58,095 bases of DNA from an uncultured Lachnospiraceae bacterium (GCA_947174185.1 CAMWHY010000001.1:1-58095); one strand, 5' to 3'; shown: positions 41,839 to 52,540, numbered from the stretch's first letter. Notes: generated by a model not told the origin, from the sequence alone. Program-made: numbers and translations.

Positions 41839-43785
41839 TTAAACTCCCGTCTGCAGGATCAGCCTGTCATATACCTCCGTGAGTACCTGTATCATCTTGG
41901 AGGCCATATTATAACCCTGCTGGAATTTTGTCAGGTTGACCGCTTCCTCGTCATTATCTACGCCGCTGACAGACAGCCTCTGATTGGCTATGGTATTGCC
42001 CATGATCTTATAATTATCCTTAAATGTCTCGGCACGCTGCGCATTCAGCGCAACATCTGCCAGCATACATACCAGATACTGATCAGCACAACATCCTCTG
42101 AAGCTCATTTTCTTCGTATTCGTCCTCAGATCGATCAGACTCCTGACAACGTCGTTGTGATCATCCCCTGTATACTGCTCCGTCCTTGTGGCAAGCTTAT
42201 TGGCATCCTTTAGGATTGCATCTACGATCTTGAAATTGCCTGCCGTCAGCTGATAATAGCTGTCATCATGGTCTGTCACCGTGATCGTATTGCCAGGCGT
42301 TCCCGTCTTTTCAAAAGAAACAGTCGTCGTGCTGGATTTATCAAAGAATGTATATTCCTTTCCATCCGCATTTTCACAGGTAAATAATCCAAGACCGTCA
42401 GCTCCGTTATCCTGTATACCCGATTTCATAATATTATTATAAGCGGTGGAATACATGCGGACCCACTCATTCATCTGGGAAAGGTAATACGGAATACCCT
42501 GATACTGGATATCCGGACCAATCGTAGCGTCAAGTTTTTGGGTCGCTGCAAAAATAGTCACATTATTACCGCTGTTCTTAACAGTATCCAGTTCAAAATC
42601 AAAGGTGCAGGTTCCCTTTCCATTCTCGCCCTCTACATAATTATAAGTCCAGTTCTTATAATAATAACGCGTATCGCCGATCGTGATGATGCCGCCTGTC
42701 TGCGCCAGATTCAGTTTATTCAGATCCGTCAGGTAATCGGCGCTGACCTCCACAGTCACCTTCTGCGCTGCAGTATCTACTGTTGTCACGGTTCCGGCAA
42801 ACTGTTCTCCATTATTACCGTCCCTCATCTGAACCAGTCCGGCAAGTTTGCCGCAGGTGGTGCCGCCGTAAAGATTGAGCGCATCTCCCTGATCCCGGTA
42901 GTCCTGAGACGTCCAATTCTCATCGCCTGCAAAATAGATATCATAAAGTCCATCTACATCGGTCTGATTCACGTTTTCATTATTCTCACGCGGAACACAT
43001 TCCAGCGTCTTATAGGAATTGCCATCCACAAGCGTCTGTCCGCAAATCTTCACCACATATCTTGTTCCGCCTGTATCACGAAGCGGGGAATTTGTGTCGA
43101 TGATATCGATCTCTTCCACATCCACATCAATAATCTTAGACAAATCATCCACCAGAAGATCTCTCTGGTCACGCAGTTCATTTGCCATGACACCGCTGTT
43201 CATCTCAATAACATTGATCTGCTTATTCAATGCGCAGATCTCCTGGGATATAGAATTGATACGGTCAACATTGACCTTCATCTCATGATTGATATCGGTC
43301 TGAAGCTTCTGAAGATTCGTATACATTTCATTAAAATAAGTACAAAGATTGTTAGCGAAACCAATCGCCTGCTGTCTGACCGTTACATCGCCCGGAGTCT
43401 TGGCAAGCTCTGCCAGCGCGTCATAGAACTCATCAAATATCTTATTAAATCCCTTGACCCTGTCGTCATCCTTATAATACTTCTGGATGATATCCATATA
43501 ATAATCCTTAGCCTCATACTCACCCAGCTTGGAGTTATTTTCCCAAAACTTCTCATCATAAAAGAGATCCCTGACACGCTCGATCGCCAATGTATCCACA
43601 CCTGCGCCGACACAGCCATAAGTAGTAAAGGAACGGATCGGATTGGCCGCCTGTGTCTGCACCTGCTGACGGCTGTATCCTTCGCTCTCCACATTGGCAA
43701 TGTTGTTGGCCGTTGTGTTTAATGCGGCATTGGATGCCTGCAGACCCGTATATGCTGTATTCAATCCCAAAAATGTTGATGACAT
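41839..43785 (-). CDS. flgK: Flagellar hook-associated protein FlgK (paralog 2)
   Basis: NNIAN..GYSRQ, SVSGVDNDEE. Confidence 0.9.
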   Translation of the reverse strand: MSSTFLGLNTAYTGLQASNAALNTTANNIANVESEGYSRQQVQTQAANPIRSFTTYGCVGAGVDTLAIERVRDLFYDEKFWENNSKLGEYEAKDYYMDIIQKYYKDDDRVKGFNKIFDEFYDALAELAKTPGDVTVRQQAIGFANNLCTYFNEMYTNLQKLQTDINHEMKVNVDRINSISQEICALNKQINVIEMNSGVMANELRDQRDLLVDDLSKIIDVDVEEIDIIDTNSPLRDTGGTRYVVKICGQTLVDGNSYKTLECVPRENNENVNQTDVDGLYDIYFAGDENWTSQDYRDQGDALNLYGGTTCGKLAGLVQMRDGNNGEQFAGTVTTVDTAAQKVTVEVSADYLTDLNKLNLAQTGGIITIGDTRYYYKNWTYNYVEGENGKGTCTFDFELDTVKNSGNNVTIFAATQKLDATIGPDIQYQGIPYYLSQMNEWVRMYSTAYNNIMKSGIQDNGADGLGLFTCENADGKEYTFFDKSSTTTVSFEKTGTPGNTITVTDHDDSYYQLTAGNFKIVDAILKDANKLATRTEQYTGDDHNDVVRSLIDLRTNTKKMSFRGCCADQYLVCMLADVALNAQRAETFKDNYKIMGNTIANQRLSVSGVDNDEEAVNLTKFQQGYNMASKMIQVLTEVYDRLILQTGV

Positions 43786-43835
43786 ATATCATTCCCCTCC
43801 ACTTTATTGATCTTTATAATCAAAATCTATCTATC

Positions 43836-45533
43836 CTATGAACCTAACTGCATGATGACATGCTCCATACATTCATCAATGACGTTGATAAAACGGCTGC
43901 TGGCGTTGTAGGCATTCTGAAACTTGATCATATTGGTCAGTTCTTCATCCGTTGCTACGCCGATCGTCCCTTGTCTGGCCGCCTCTACCGAATCTACCGT
44001 AAGATCCTGATTCTCCTTCAGTTTCTTAAAAACATTGCCCGAATTAGATATCTGTCCGATAAAGTTGGTATAATATTCCGCAATAGAGATTTTATTGGTC
44101 AAAGTAGGATTTAATACAAAATCCTTCTGATTGATCCGTTCCAACAGATTCTTCATGGTCACATGGTCCACGGATTCATCCGGACGGATCATGCCCAGAT
44201 GAGCCGGATACTGCTGCAGATCTTTATTAACCTTCAGGTTATTAATAGAAAACCATGTGGCAGGATCTTTAGGATCCTCCGGTGTTACAATGTAACCATT
44301 CCATGCGTTCGGATTTGTCGGATCATAGGTATATTCATCCATGCAGTCGATCCTCTGGAAGATCTGGAGCGGCACATAGATCGGTCTGTTATTCTCATTG
44401 TAGCCCTGGATCTGACAGAGATACCCTGTCTTCGTATCTGCGCTCGAAGCAATCACATCATTGATAGTGGTCACCACAGAATGCACCAGCTTATCAAATT
44501 CCGCCATGACATTCATCATGATGGAGTTGCTTACCTTATCATAAGCATCCTCATCGATCAGATCCCACTGATTGGCCCGATGGTCGCCTCTTGCCAGCAA
44601 TGTTGCCTTCAGACTTCCGATATCCGTATCACGCAATGCGGAAATCTCCGCCGTCAGATCAAATACCGGTGCCGTGCTTGCGATATATCTTTTGGTGCCG
44701 TCCGGCAAGATCTCTGTCTCTGCGCTGTCCGGCCAGAAACAGGTATAAAATCCAGTCCTTAAGTCTGCATCATAAGCCATTTCATTGACTTCATTCGGTC
44801 TTACAAAATCATGGCCTTCAACCTTCACCAGAACATTGCCGTGCACATCCGTATCGTATTCGATCTTGCAGATACTTGCAAGTTCATCCATCGCCTGATT
44901 TCTTGCATCCCGATAATCATTGGCATGCTCAATGCCGCCCGCCTCAATGGCTCTGATCTTGTTGTTCATTTCATAGATGGTACGTCCGAGCTGATTGATA
45001 CGGTCTACCTTCTGCGTTACAGTGAAGTTCAGCTTATCCTGATAATCACAAAGATCGGAATAAGCATTTCTTGACGCTTCCACAAAATTCTGGGAATATT
45101 GAATGAACAGCCCCTGATTAACCTCGCTGCTGGGATCTTTTGCCATCTCCTGAATGGAATACATCAGATTCTTAAAAGCATTGGAAAAAGTTGCGTCATG
45201 AAGTTCTCCCAAGATTCCTTCCACTTCTTCCACAGCAGCATAAGACACATCATAGAATCCCTGTCTGCCCGCCTCCTCACGATAGGCAAGATCCAAAAAG
45301 CGATCCCTGACCTGTCTTACTTCCGAAATATATACGCCAAGACCGATCTGCTTCTGCGCAACACCGGTGATATTCTTAGAAAGAAAATTATATTCTCTGG
45401 TCGCGTACGATACCTGCTGTCTGACATAACCTTTTGTATCGGTATTCGTTACATTATGTGCAACGACATTCAGTCCTTCCTGACTAGACTGCAATCCTGA
45501 AGTTCCTACATATAAGCTGCTGAATAACGACAT
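43836..45533 (-). CDS. flgK: Flagellar hook-associated protein FlgK (paralog 1)
   Basis: HNVTN..GYVRQ, GVATDEELTNMIKFQNAYNA. Confidence 0.9.
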   Translation of the reverse strand: MSLFSSLYVGTSGLQSSQEGLNVVAHNVTNTDTKGYVRQQVSYATREYNFLSKNITGVAQKQIGLGVYISEVRQVRDRFLDLAYREEAGRQGFYDVSYAAVEEVEGILGELHDATFSNAFKNLMYSIQEMAKDPSSEVNQGLFIQYSQNFVEASRNAYSDLCDYQDKLNFTVTQKVDRINQLGRTIYEMNNKIRAIEAGGIEHANDYRDARNQAMDELASICKIEYDTDVHGNVLVKVEGHDFVRPNEVNEMAYDADLRTGFYTCFWPDSAETEILPDGTKRYIASTAPVFDLTAEISALRDTDIGSLKATLLARGDHRANQWDLIDEDAYDKVSNSIMMNVMAEFDKLVHSVVTTINDVIASSADTKTGYLCQIQGYNENNRPIYVPLQIFQRIDCMDEYTYDPTNPNAWNGYIVTPEDPKDPATWFSINNLKVNKDLQQYPAHLGMIRPDESVDHVTMKNLLERINQKDFVLNPTLTNKISIAEYYTNFIGQISNSGNVFKKLKENQDLTVDSVEAARQGTIGVATDEELTNMIKFQNAYNASSRFINVIDECMEHVIMQLGS

Positions 45534-45589
45534 ATTATATCCACACTTTCCTTTCCATACAACATACGAAATCTAATGCTTAGGTTCTT

Positions 45590-46108
45590 TTATTGTTTCG
45601 CATCAAATCTTTTTGTTCCACTTCCCATGATGCTGCCCGTATTGTAAGCATCCTTATTATAGTCCGCAGTTTCCGGTGCCTGCTTCATTGATTGCAAAAG
45701 CGACATTTCAAACTGCACCATCTCCAAAGAACTTTTCAGCAGGTCGCGGTTACGTTCATTGACAGCCGTCATGCTGCCAAGCGTCACCTTGAGCTTATCG
45801 TGTACCTCTCGCAGCTGTCTCTGTTCCTCCGGACGCGATGACATCATCGTGATCAGATCAGGAATCTTCAGCTCTTCCGAGGCATGATTGGTAACATCCG
45901 CGATGTCTTTCATCGTCTGTATCCTATCCTTCTCCAGCCTCTGGATTCTCTCCACCACAAGCTGTTCCTCTGCGGTGATTCGATCCAGTTCCTGAAGATC
46001 GCCCTTGATGATAATCGGAGTCTTTTCCTCCGAAAGTTTCACAAGCGATTCATACTCCTGCTCTTCCTGATTTAATATCGCAATGATATTTTCCATTAAG
46101 CTTGCCAT
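45590..46108 (-). CDS. flgN: Flagellar chaperone FlgN
   Basis: Between flgM and flgK; NERN..LL..SL, FDAKQ; start MASL after AGGGGAG. Confidence 0.85.
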   Translation of the reverse strand: MASLMENIIAILNQEEQEYESLVKLSEEKTPIIIKGDLQELDRITAEEQLVVERIQRLEKDRIQTMKDIADVTNHASEELKIPDLITMMSSRPEEQRQLREVHDKLKVTLGSMTAVNERNRDLLKSSLEMVQFEMSLLQSMKQAPETADYNKDAYNTGSIMGSGTKRFDAKQ

Positions 46109-46150
46109 CGCATGCTCCCCTTTAACCAATTGCTTCGCTGATATTTTAGT

Positions 46151-46191
46151 AAAAAATTGGTGTCTGTAAAGGATGACCCTTACAGACACCA
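46151..46191 (-). terminator. Terminator-like hairpin between flgM and flgN
   Basis: TGGTGTCTGTAAGG-loop-CTTTACAGACACCA then ATTTTTT. Confidence 0.6.
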
Positions 46192-46222
46192 CGCTTCATC
46201 CAGATACCTTTTCAAACTCTAG

Positions 46223-46504
46223 TTAAGCGAGTGCCTGACCAAGTTTCTCCATCATTTTCTGTGCAAATTCTTCCCCGCTCACTTCATAAGTTCCATTTTC
46301 CAAGCGCTGCTTGATTGCAGCTATCTTATCTTCTCTTATATCAGGCGCATCAGCGATTGCCTGCTTAGCGACCTGTAAATCTTTTCCGACATTGGAAATC
46401 TGAAGTTTGTCTTTAAAATCCGCGCCTTTAACTGATGCAGCTTTATTAGTCGGTCTGGAAGCTCCGTACATCTGTTGAATTTGTGAATATGCTTCTATCC
46501 TCAT
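46223..46504 (-). CDS. flgM: Anti-sigma28 factor FlgM
   Basis: DKLQIS, PDIREDKI, GTYEVS. Confidence 0.95.
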   Translation of the reverse strand: MRIEAYSQIQQMYGASRPTNKAASVKGADFKDKLQISNVGKDLQVAKQAIADAPDIREDKIAAIKQRLENGTYEVSGEEFAQKMMEKLGQALA

Positions 46505-46545
46505 TTCGTCTTCCTCCTTCCGTGGATTCCTTACTGCTATATATA

Positions 46546-46572
46546 TTATCGTCCACTTTTCCAGAAACTTTA
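46546..46572 (-). promoter_or_regulatory. Sigma28 promoter for flgM
   Basis: TAAAGTTT-N11-GACGATAA. Confidence 0.85.
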
Positions 46573-46778
46573 GAGCAAATCGATTTATTTTTTAACAAGT
46601 TGTATCTCATCACGTACAATGCTATAATTCTAGGGAAGAAATGGTTAAATCAGGTTTTCCCCAGACACTTACAAAATTCCTGATTTTTCCAGAACTGTTG
46701 TAAATTATAAACAATTTTGTTGTAAAAAAGATCAAACGTATCAATATTAATAATTAATAGAAAGAAAGGTCCCACATT

Positions 46779-48044
46779 ATGGAAATTTTATTTTACCGCT
46801 ATGGAAGTATCTGCGAGCCGGATATCATAAAATGTTTTCGCTCCATGGAGCTGGAGGTCGTTGAAGAAAATTCACAGGTGACCAATAAGAAGGTATCTCC
46901 TTCCGAAACCGTGGACGCTGTTTCAACGCTAATCGAAAAGCATACATTCTTATTTGTATTCTCCATCAATTTTTTTCCGGCGATCTCTGAAATCTGCCAG
47001 ATCTATCAGATACCCTATGTCTGCTGGACCGTGGACTGTCCGGTCATGGAGCTCTTTTCTCCCGCCCTTGCCAATGACTGCAATCGCGTTTTTATGTTTG
47101 ACAAAGCTCAGTATGAATATTTCCGCCACGTCAATCCTGAACGGATCTTTCATCTCCCGCTTGCTACCAATGTCAGCCGCTGGGATCAGGTGATCTCACA
47201 GGCTTCCACCAACGATCTAAAACGTTTTTCATCCGATATTTCTTTTATCGGCTCATTATACGCAGAAAAAGACCCCTATGATAAAATTCAGGGCTTATCA
47301 GAATATACCAAAGGGTATGTGGAAGGTATGATCGAAGCGCAACTGCAGGTCTATGGCTATAATATGTTAGAAGACCTGTTAAATGCCTGCGCTGACAGTC
47401 CCACCGTTTCATCAGACAACTTTTTGCCTGGCAGTTTACATAATGTCAAAAATCAGAAAGCCGGTCTTTCCCCTGTCATGCAGGATTTTATGGAACATGT
47501 GCCGGATTTGACGAAAAGTCCCTATGCTCCTTATTTTTCTCCTTCCTATATTATGGCACATCATTTTATCGGCATGCATGCCGCCGTGATAGAACGTCAC
47601 CGCCTGTTGTCGATGCTGTCCGAAGACCATGCCGTAGATCTCTATACATTTAGCGATACCAGCCGTCTTCCCAAAGTTCATAATCGTGGAGGCGCCAAGA
47701 CTCTGACGGAGATGCCTTTGATCTTTCACCAAAGCCGCATCAACCTGAACATGACCATCCGGCCGATCCAGACCGGTCTTTCACTGCGCGTCTTTGATAT
47801 TCTGGGTTGCGGCGGATTTCTGCTGACCAATTACCAGCAGGAGCTGGGAGAACTTTATGAAATTGGAAAAGATGTGGAAGTATTCACTTCAAAAGAAGAA
47901 CTGGCGGATAAGGCTGCTTATTATCTGACCCATGAAGAAGAACGCCAAAAGATCGCCAGAAGCGGATATGAAAAAACACGCGCGCTCCATACTTATGAAA
48001 CGCGCATCAGTCAGATGATCCGGATTATCTTCAAAACAATATGA
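46779..48044 (+). CDS. CgeB/DUF3880-family GT-B glycosyltransferase
   Basis: CWTVDCP, SRINLNMTIRPIQTGLSLRVFDILGCGGF. Confidence 0.87.
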   Translation: MEILFYRYGSICEPDIIKCFRSMELEVVEENSQVTNKKVSPSETVDAVSTLIEKHTFLFVFSINFFPAISEICQIYQIPYVCWTVDCPVMELFSPALANDCNRVFMFDKAQYEYFRHVNPERIFHLPLATNVSRWDQVISQASTNDLKRFSSDISFIGSLYAEKDPYDKIQGLSEYTKGYVEGMIEAQLQVYGYNMLEDLLNACADSPTVSSDNFLPGSLHNVKNQKAGLSPVMQDFMEHVPDLTKSPYAPYFSPSYIMAHHFIGMHAAVIERHRLLSMLSEDHAVDLYTFSDTSRLPKVHNRGGAKTLTEMPLIFHQSRINLNMTIRPIQTGLSLRVFDILGCGGFLLTNYQQELGELYEIGKDVEVFTSKEELADKAAYYLTHEEERQKIARSGYEKTRALHTYETRISQMIRIIFKTI

Positions 48045-48085
48045 TCCTAAAATCCGGTGCGTGAAACGATTTGATCTGCGTTTCC

Positions 48086-49498
48086 CTAAATATCTTCCGG
48101 CAGCGTCTTAAAGAAATGAATTACGAACGGCACTACTACAGCAAAGGTAATCACATCCGCCACCGCCTGCGCCATTTGAATTCCTAGCAGCCCCAGCCAT
48201 TTTGTCAGCACAATGATCAGTGGGATAAAGCAAAGGCCGCTTCGAAGAATTGATAAAAAGGTTGCTGTCTTATGCTTTCCAATGGTCTGAAACAGCATAG
48301 TCGCACACACAGTCATCGGATGAAAGAATAACGCCACTAACTGGAAGCGGAGCGCCCACGTTCCGATCTCGATCACCTCTACATCATCCCGAAAGATACT
48401 GATCAGACGACCAGAGCATACTAGTCCCGCTATCGCCAATGTTCCCAGCAGAATTTCTCCCATTACCGCCGTAAAATTAAATGCTTTCCGCACACGCTTA
48501 TATTTTCCGGCGCCATAATTAAATGCCGATACCGGCTGGAATCCCTGTCCGATTCCAAGCGCAACTGCAAAGATAAAGAAGCTGATCTTTCCCACGATAG
48601 ACATGGCCGCCAAAGCCGGATCACCATAATTACCAGCAAGACCATTTAATACCATCGTTGAGAGGCTTGTCATCCCCTGTCTTGCAAGACTCGGCAGTCC
48701 GGTCTTCATGATCAGGATCAACTGGGTCATGCCTCCCTTAACAGAGGATAACGATAATTTACTCTGGGTCTTTCCAAACAGGAACATGCTCAGGAGAATC
48801 AGAAAGCTGATACACTGGGAAATCGCAGTGGAAAGTCCCGCTCCCTTTACACCCATATTAAAATGAAAAATAAAGATCGGATCTCCGATGATATTTAACA
48901 CACCGCCGACCGTCAGTCCAATCATGGCAAGATAGGCTTTTCCCTCATACCGAAGGATATTGTTCAGGACAAAACCGGCCATTGTAAGCGGCATTACCGC
49001 CAGAATAAATATTCCATAATCCTTGGCATAGGGCAGCACCGTATCTGTACTTCCCAGAAGATACATCAAAGGTTCCAGAAAAAGGAGTCCCAACAGTCCC
49101 ATGACAGTCCCCGCAGCCAGACTGGCAAAAAAGCTCAAGGACGCCAGAATCCCCGCGCTTTTTACATCCTTCTCTCCGAGACGTCTTGCAATGATACTGC
49201 CGCCGCCCTGTCCCAGCATAAACCCAACTGCCTGAATAATCGCCATTAAGCCAAATACCACGCCGACTGCGCCACTCGCACTATTGCCCAGCTCGCCGAC
49301 AAAGTAAGTATCAGCCATGTTATAGATATTTGTCACCAGCATACTGATCGTGGTGGGAATCCCCAGAGTGATCACCAGTTTCGATACCGGCCATGTGGTC
49401 ATTTTTTCATAATATGCGGCCGTTGCAGCATTGGCTTTGCTCTCTTCATCTACCTTATCTGCAGCAACCATATTTTTTTCATTGATTTCCGATGCCAT
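48086..49498 (-). CDS. MATE family efflux transporter
   Basis: YNMADTYFV, LNIIGDPIFIF, NYGAG; ~12 TM. Confidence 0.92.
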   Translation of the reverse strand: MASEINEKNMVAADKVDEESKANAATAAYYEKMTTWPVSKLVITLGIPTTISMLVTNIYNMADTYFVGELGNSASGAVGVVFGLMAIIQAVGFMLGQGGGSIIARRLGEKDVKSAGILASLSFFASLAAGTVMGLLGLLFLEPLMYLLGSTDTVLPYAKDYGIFILAVMPLTMAGFVLNNILRYEGKAYLAMIGLTVGGVLNIIGDPIFIFHFNMGVKGAGLSTAISQCISFLILLSMFLFGKTQSKLSLSSVKGGMTQLILIMKTGLPSLARQGMTSLSTMVLNGLAGNYGDPALAAMSIVGKISFFIFAVALGIGQGFQPVSAFNYGAGKYKRVRKAFNFTAVMGEILLGTLAIAGLVCSGRLISIFRDDVEVIEIGTWALRFQLVALFFHPMTVCATMLFQTIGKHKTATFLSILRSGLCFIPLIIVLTKWLGLLGIQMAQAVADVITFAVVVPFVIHFFKTLPEDI

Positions 49499-49552
49499 AT
49501 CTGCCCCTCTATCCGATCTATCTGAAACCTTTCTTACTATTATCTATAATAT

Positions 49553-50071
49553 TTATTTCTGAAGCTCAAGTCCAGTCCCCTCATATATGTAGCGAAAAAA
49601 CTCCTCTTCTCCCCTACGCGTATAATATACCGTTTCATACCCTATTTTTTTTCCGTTTTTTAACTTAAAAAAAACCTCCGTTGTAAGAGACCTTCCACTG
49701 CTGCGATGATATTCCACATAATGACCTAAAACCTGCCATGATAAACCATATGCTTCTATTTCCTCAAGCATAAATGTATCTTCTCTGTTTTTCCATTTTC
49801 CCACAACAGCTCTACCATTTACACGTTCTTTGCTAACACGCTTTATGACTACTTTTCCATTTCCATATTTAATCCAATGTGTACAATATATTCTTATACT
49901 CCCAAACGCTATTACCAGGATCAATGGGAACGGAAAGAGTAAATTAGATATACCACCCTCTATATCCCCTTCCCAAAACTCATTTGCACTCAAAAGAATA
50001 AATATGACGCTCACAACTCCACTATAAGCCAAATTCAATATTAATGCGTTTTTTGCACGTAAGGTTTTCAT
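49553..50071 (-). CDS. Hypothetical membrane protein (AT-rich)
   Basis: Two N-terminal TMs; AAGGGGG RBS. Confidence 0.7.
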   Translation of the reverse strand: MKTLRAKNALILNLAYSGVVSVIFILLSANEFWEGDIEGGISNLLFPFPLILVIAFGSIRIYCTHWIKYGNGKVVIKRVSKERVNGRAVVGKWKNREDTFMLEEIEAYGLSWQVLGHYVEYHRSSGRSLTTEVFFKLKNGKKIGYETVYYTRRGEEEFFRYIYEGTGLELQK

Positions 50072-50085
50072 ATTTTCAACCCCCC

Positions 50086-50772
50086 TTATTCCGCCAGCTC
50101 TCTCACAACCTCTCCCGCAATCATCAGTCCTGCCACAGACGGCACGAATGCCACACTTGGGATCACCTTATCCGGCAAAGACGGTATAGCAGGTTCCTCC
50201 GTAGAATACACCACCTTCAGGCTTTCCACGCCGCGTTTTCTAAGCTCATGACGCATCACTTTCGCCAGCGGACAGTTCTTTGTCTCATAGATATCTGCCA
50301 CCTGAAGCTTTGCAGGGTCCAGCTTATTGCCCGTACCCATACTGCTGATAACAGGTACGTGACAGGCCTTCGCTGTGACGATGATTTCCAGCTTTGCCGT
50401 CACGGTATCTACCGCATCCACTACATAAGAATAGGAAGAAAATTCAAATTCTCCCGCATTCTCCGGCAAGAAAAAGCACTGTCTTTCTTCCACCTCCGCC
50501 GTGGGATTGATTTCTAATATCCGCCGCTTCATGACAGACGTCTTACTCTGTCCTATCGTTTGTTCCGTCGCAATGATCTGCCTGTTGATATTACTTTTAC
50601 TGACCTTATCATGGTCAATCAAAACAAAAGAGCCGATCCCGCTTCTCGCCAGCCCTTCTACAACATATCCTCCCACGCCTCCGACGCCAAATACCGCCAC
50701 TTTCGCCGCAGCCAGCCGCTCCATTGCCTCATCGCCCAGCAGCATCCTCGTCCTTGTAAATCTGTCATCCAT
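50086..50772 (-). CDS. tcdA: tRNA threonylcarbamoyladenosine dehydratase (ThiF family)
   Basis: GVGGVG, SNINRQ, DAVD, SMGTGNKLDP, VVYSTE; start MDDRF. Confidence 0.87.
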   Translation of the reverse strand: MDDRFTRTRMLLGDEAMERLAAAKVAVFGVGGVGGYVVEGLARSGIGSFVLIDHDKVSKSNINRQIIATEQTIGQSKTSVMKRRILEINPTAEVEERQCFFLPENAGEFEFSSYSYVVDAVDTVTAKLEIIVTAKACHVPVISSMGTGNKLDPAKLQVADIYETKNCPLAKVMRHELRKRGVESLKVVYSTEEPAIPSLPDKVIPSVAFVPSVAGLMIAGEVVRELAE

Positions 50773-50797
50773 AAGTATTACCTGTCCTTTCCCATGG

Positions 50798-52540
50798 TCA
50801 GGCCTGCTCCCTGATGATGGAGCCATTCTCAATCCTAAAAACCATATCACATTTTTCAATCGTCTGCAATCTGTGGGCTATGATCAGCAGCGTTTTCTTT
50901 CCATGGAGCCGGTTGATGGAATCCATGATTGCTGCCTCCGTATCATTATCAAGAGCGGAAGTGGCCTCATCCAGAATCAGCACCTCAGGATCATTATAAA
51001 GCGCCCTTGCGATACCGATTCTCTGCCTCTGTCCGCCGGAAAGTCTTACCCCGCGCTCACCGATCCCTGTATGGACTCCCTCCGGCAGAGACTTTACAAA
51101 CTCATCCAACTGGGCTTCTTTCAGCGAATACCAAAGCTTTTCCTCATCGATTTCTTCCTCCGGCACGCCAAATGCTACATTCTTCCGGATATCCGCGTCC
51201 AGAAGGAAGATCATCTGGGGAATATAACCTACATTAGCAAGCCATTCCCTGTAATGTTCTTCAATATTGACTCCATCAGCCTTAACGCTTCCTCCCTGCA
51301 GCTTCAGCAGCCCTAACAGGATATCGATGATGGTGGTCTTACCTGCACCGCTGGTCCCCACGATCCCAATGGACTTGCCGATGGGAAAGACCGCATCCGC
51401 CTTGTCAAAAATCAGCTTATCGGAATTCGGATAATGATACGTGATATTTTCCAGCCTGATCTCCCTGGTCACCGGAAGCTTTTCTTTTGCAACCACCGCA
51501 TAAGAAAGATCGGTATGTTCCTCATCCGTTTCCTCGATCAGGTTATCGCTGACATTGAAGAAAAACGGTTCATTAAACGCCATGCTTGTCAACTGGTTAT
51601 TGATCCTACTGGCTGCCGGCAGCAATCTCATGGCCGCAATACCAAAAGCGGCAAGCAGCGATACCATGCCAGATACATCCACGTCGCACAGGATCAATAC
51701 CGCGATATAGGACAGCAGTGCGCCAAAACAAACAGTTTCTATCAGAAGCTTCGGCGTATTATTAAACATATTCTGCCGTTCCATGGCTTTGACATAGCCC
51801 TCGCCCACTGTGCAGTATTCCTCAATAAAATGCTGTTCACGACCTGCCACCTTGATCTCTTTGATCCCCTGTATCGTCTCCGCGATCCTTGCAAACATCG
51901 CCGCGCCATAGTCCTGATTCTCCTTGCCGGTCCGGTTCATGATGGGTTTGATGATATTCTTGATCACCACAAGGGTCACCAATAGCACAACCGCTAAGAC
52001 GATGGTCATCACCGGATCTTTGATAAACAGCGTGATTGCCAGAAATACCGATACGATGGCCTCCGCCGCGATCTGCAGCACAGACATGATCAGCGCATAC
52101 ATATTGCTGACGTCCGCGGTAATGCTTCTCTGGATCACTGCTGTTTCCGCATTGAGATAATATTCATAATCACGTCTTACAAAGTTTTTCATAAGATTGG
52201 AAGATGTTTTAAATTGATTGGAAAAAATAAAGTGGTACATATATTTTTGCTGAAAGAACTGGAACAGATTCTTTACAACATATAAAAGAACCAGAAAAAG
52301 AATCGCCAATGCCGAAAAGGTCTTCGTGCTTCCAATCCCAAGCAGGCTGCAGATGCTCTGATAGGTCTTCCCCTGGGCAAGGTCATCCGGCGAAAGGATG
52401 ATCGTCACCACCTGCATCACCATCAGGGCAGCCCCCGACTCCAGCACCGCGGAGATCACCATCATGACAAACAGCTTAAACATTGACAGTTTCTGTTTCT
52501 TATCCATTAATATATTGATTTTTCTTATGATTTTAAGCAT
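50798..52540 (-). CDS. ABC transporter permease/ATPase (PglK/MsbA-like flippase)
   Basis: TMD plus GTSGAGKT, LSGGQRQR, LDEATSALD; AAMRLLP. Confidence 0.88.
   Translation of the reverse strand: MLKIIRKINILMDKKQKLSMFKLFVMMVISAVLESGAALMVMQVVTIILSPDDLAQGKTYQSICSLLGIGSTKTFSALAILFLVLLYVVKNLFQFFQQKYMYHFIFSNQFKTSSNLMKNFVRRDYEYYLNAETAVIQRSITADVSNMYALIMSVLQIAAEAIVSVFLAITLFIKDPVMTIVLAVVLLVTLVVIKNIIKPIMNRTGKENQDYGAAMFARIAETIQGIKEIKVAGREQHFIEEYCTVGEGYVKAMERQNMFNNTPKLLIETVCFGALLSYIAVLILCDVDVSGMVSLLAAFGIAAMRLLPAASRINNQLTSMAFNEPFFFNVSDNLIEETDEEHTDLSYAVVAKEKLPVTREIRLENITYHYPNSDKLIFDKADAVFPIGKSIGIVGTSGAGKTTIIDILLGLLKLQGGSVKADGVNIEEHYREWLANVGYIPQMIFLLDADIRKNVAFGVPEEEIDEEKLWYSLKEAQLDEFVKSLPEGVHTGIGERGVRLSGGQRQRIGIARALYNDPEVLILDEATSALDNDTEAAIMDSINRLHGKKTLLIIAHRLQTIEKCDMVFRIENGSIIREQA

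Noticed and set aside
46557-46700. Invertible flagellar switch or repeated TTTTCCAGAA-like motifs upstream of flgM
   Set aside because: Only short imperfect direct repeats in AT-rich DNA; no long inverted repeats or recombinase seen
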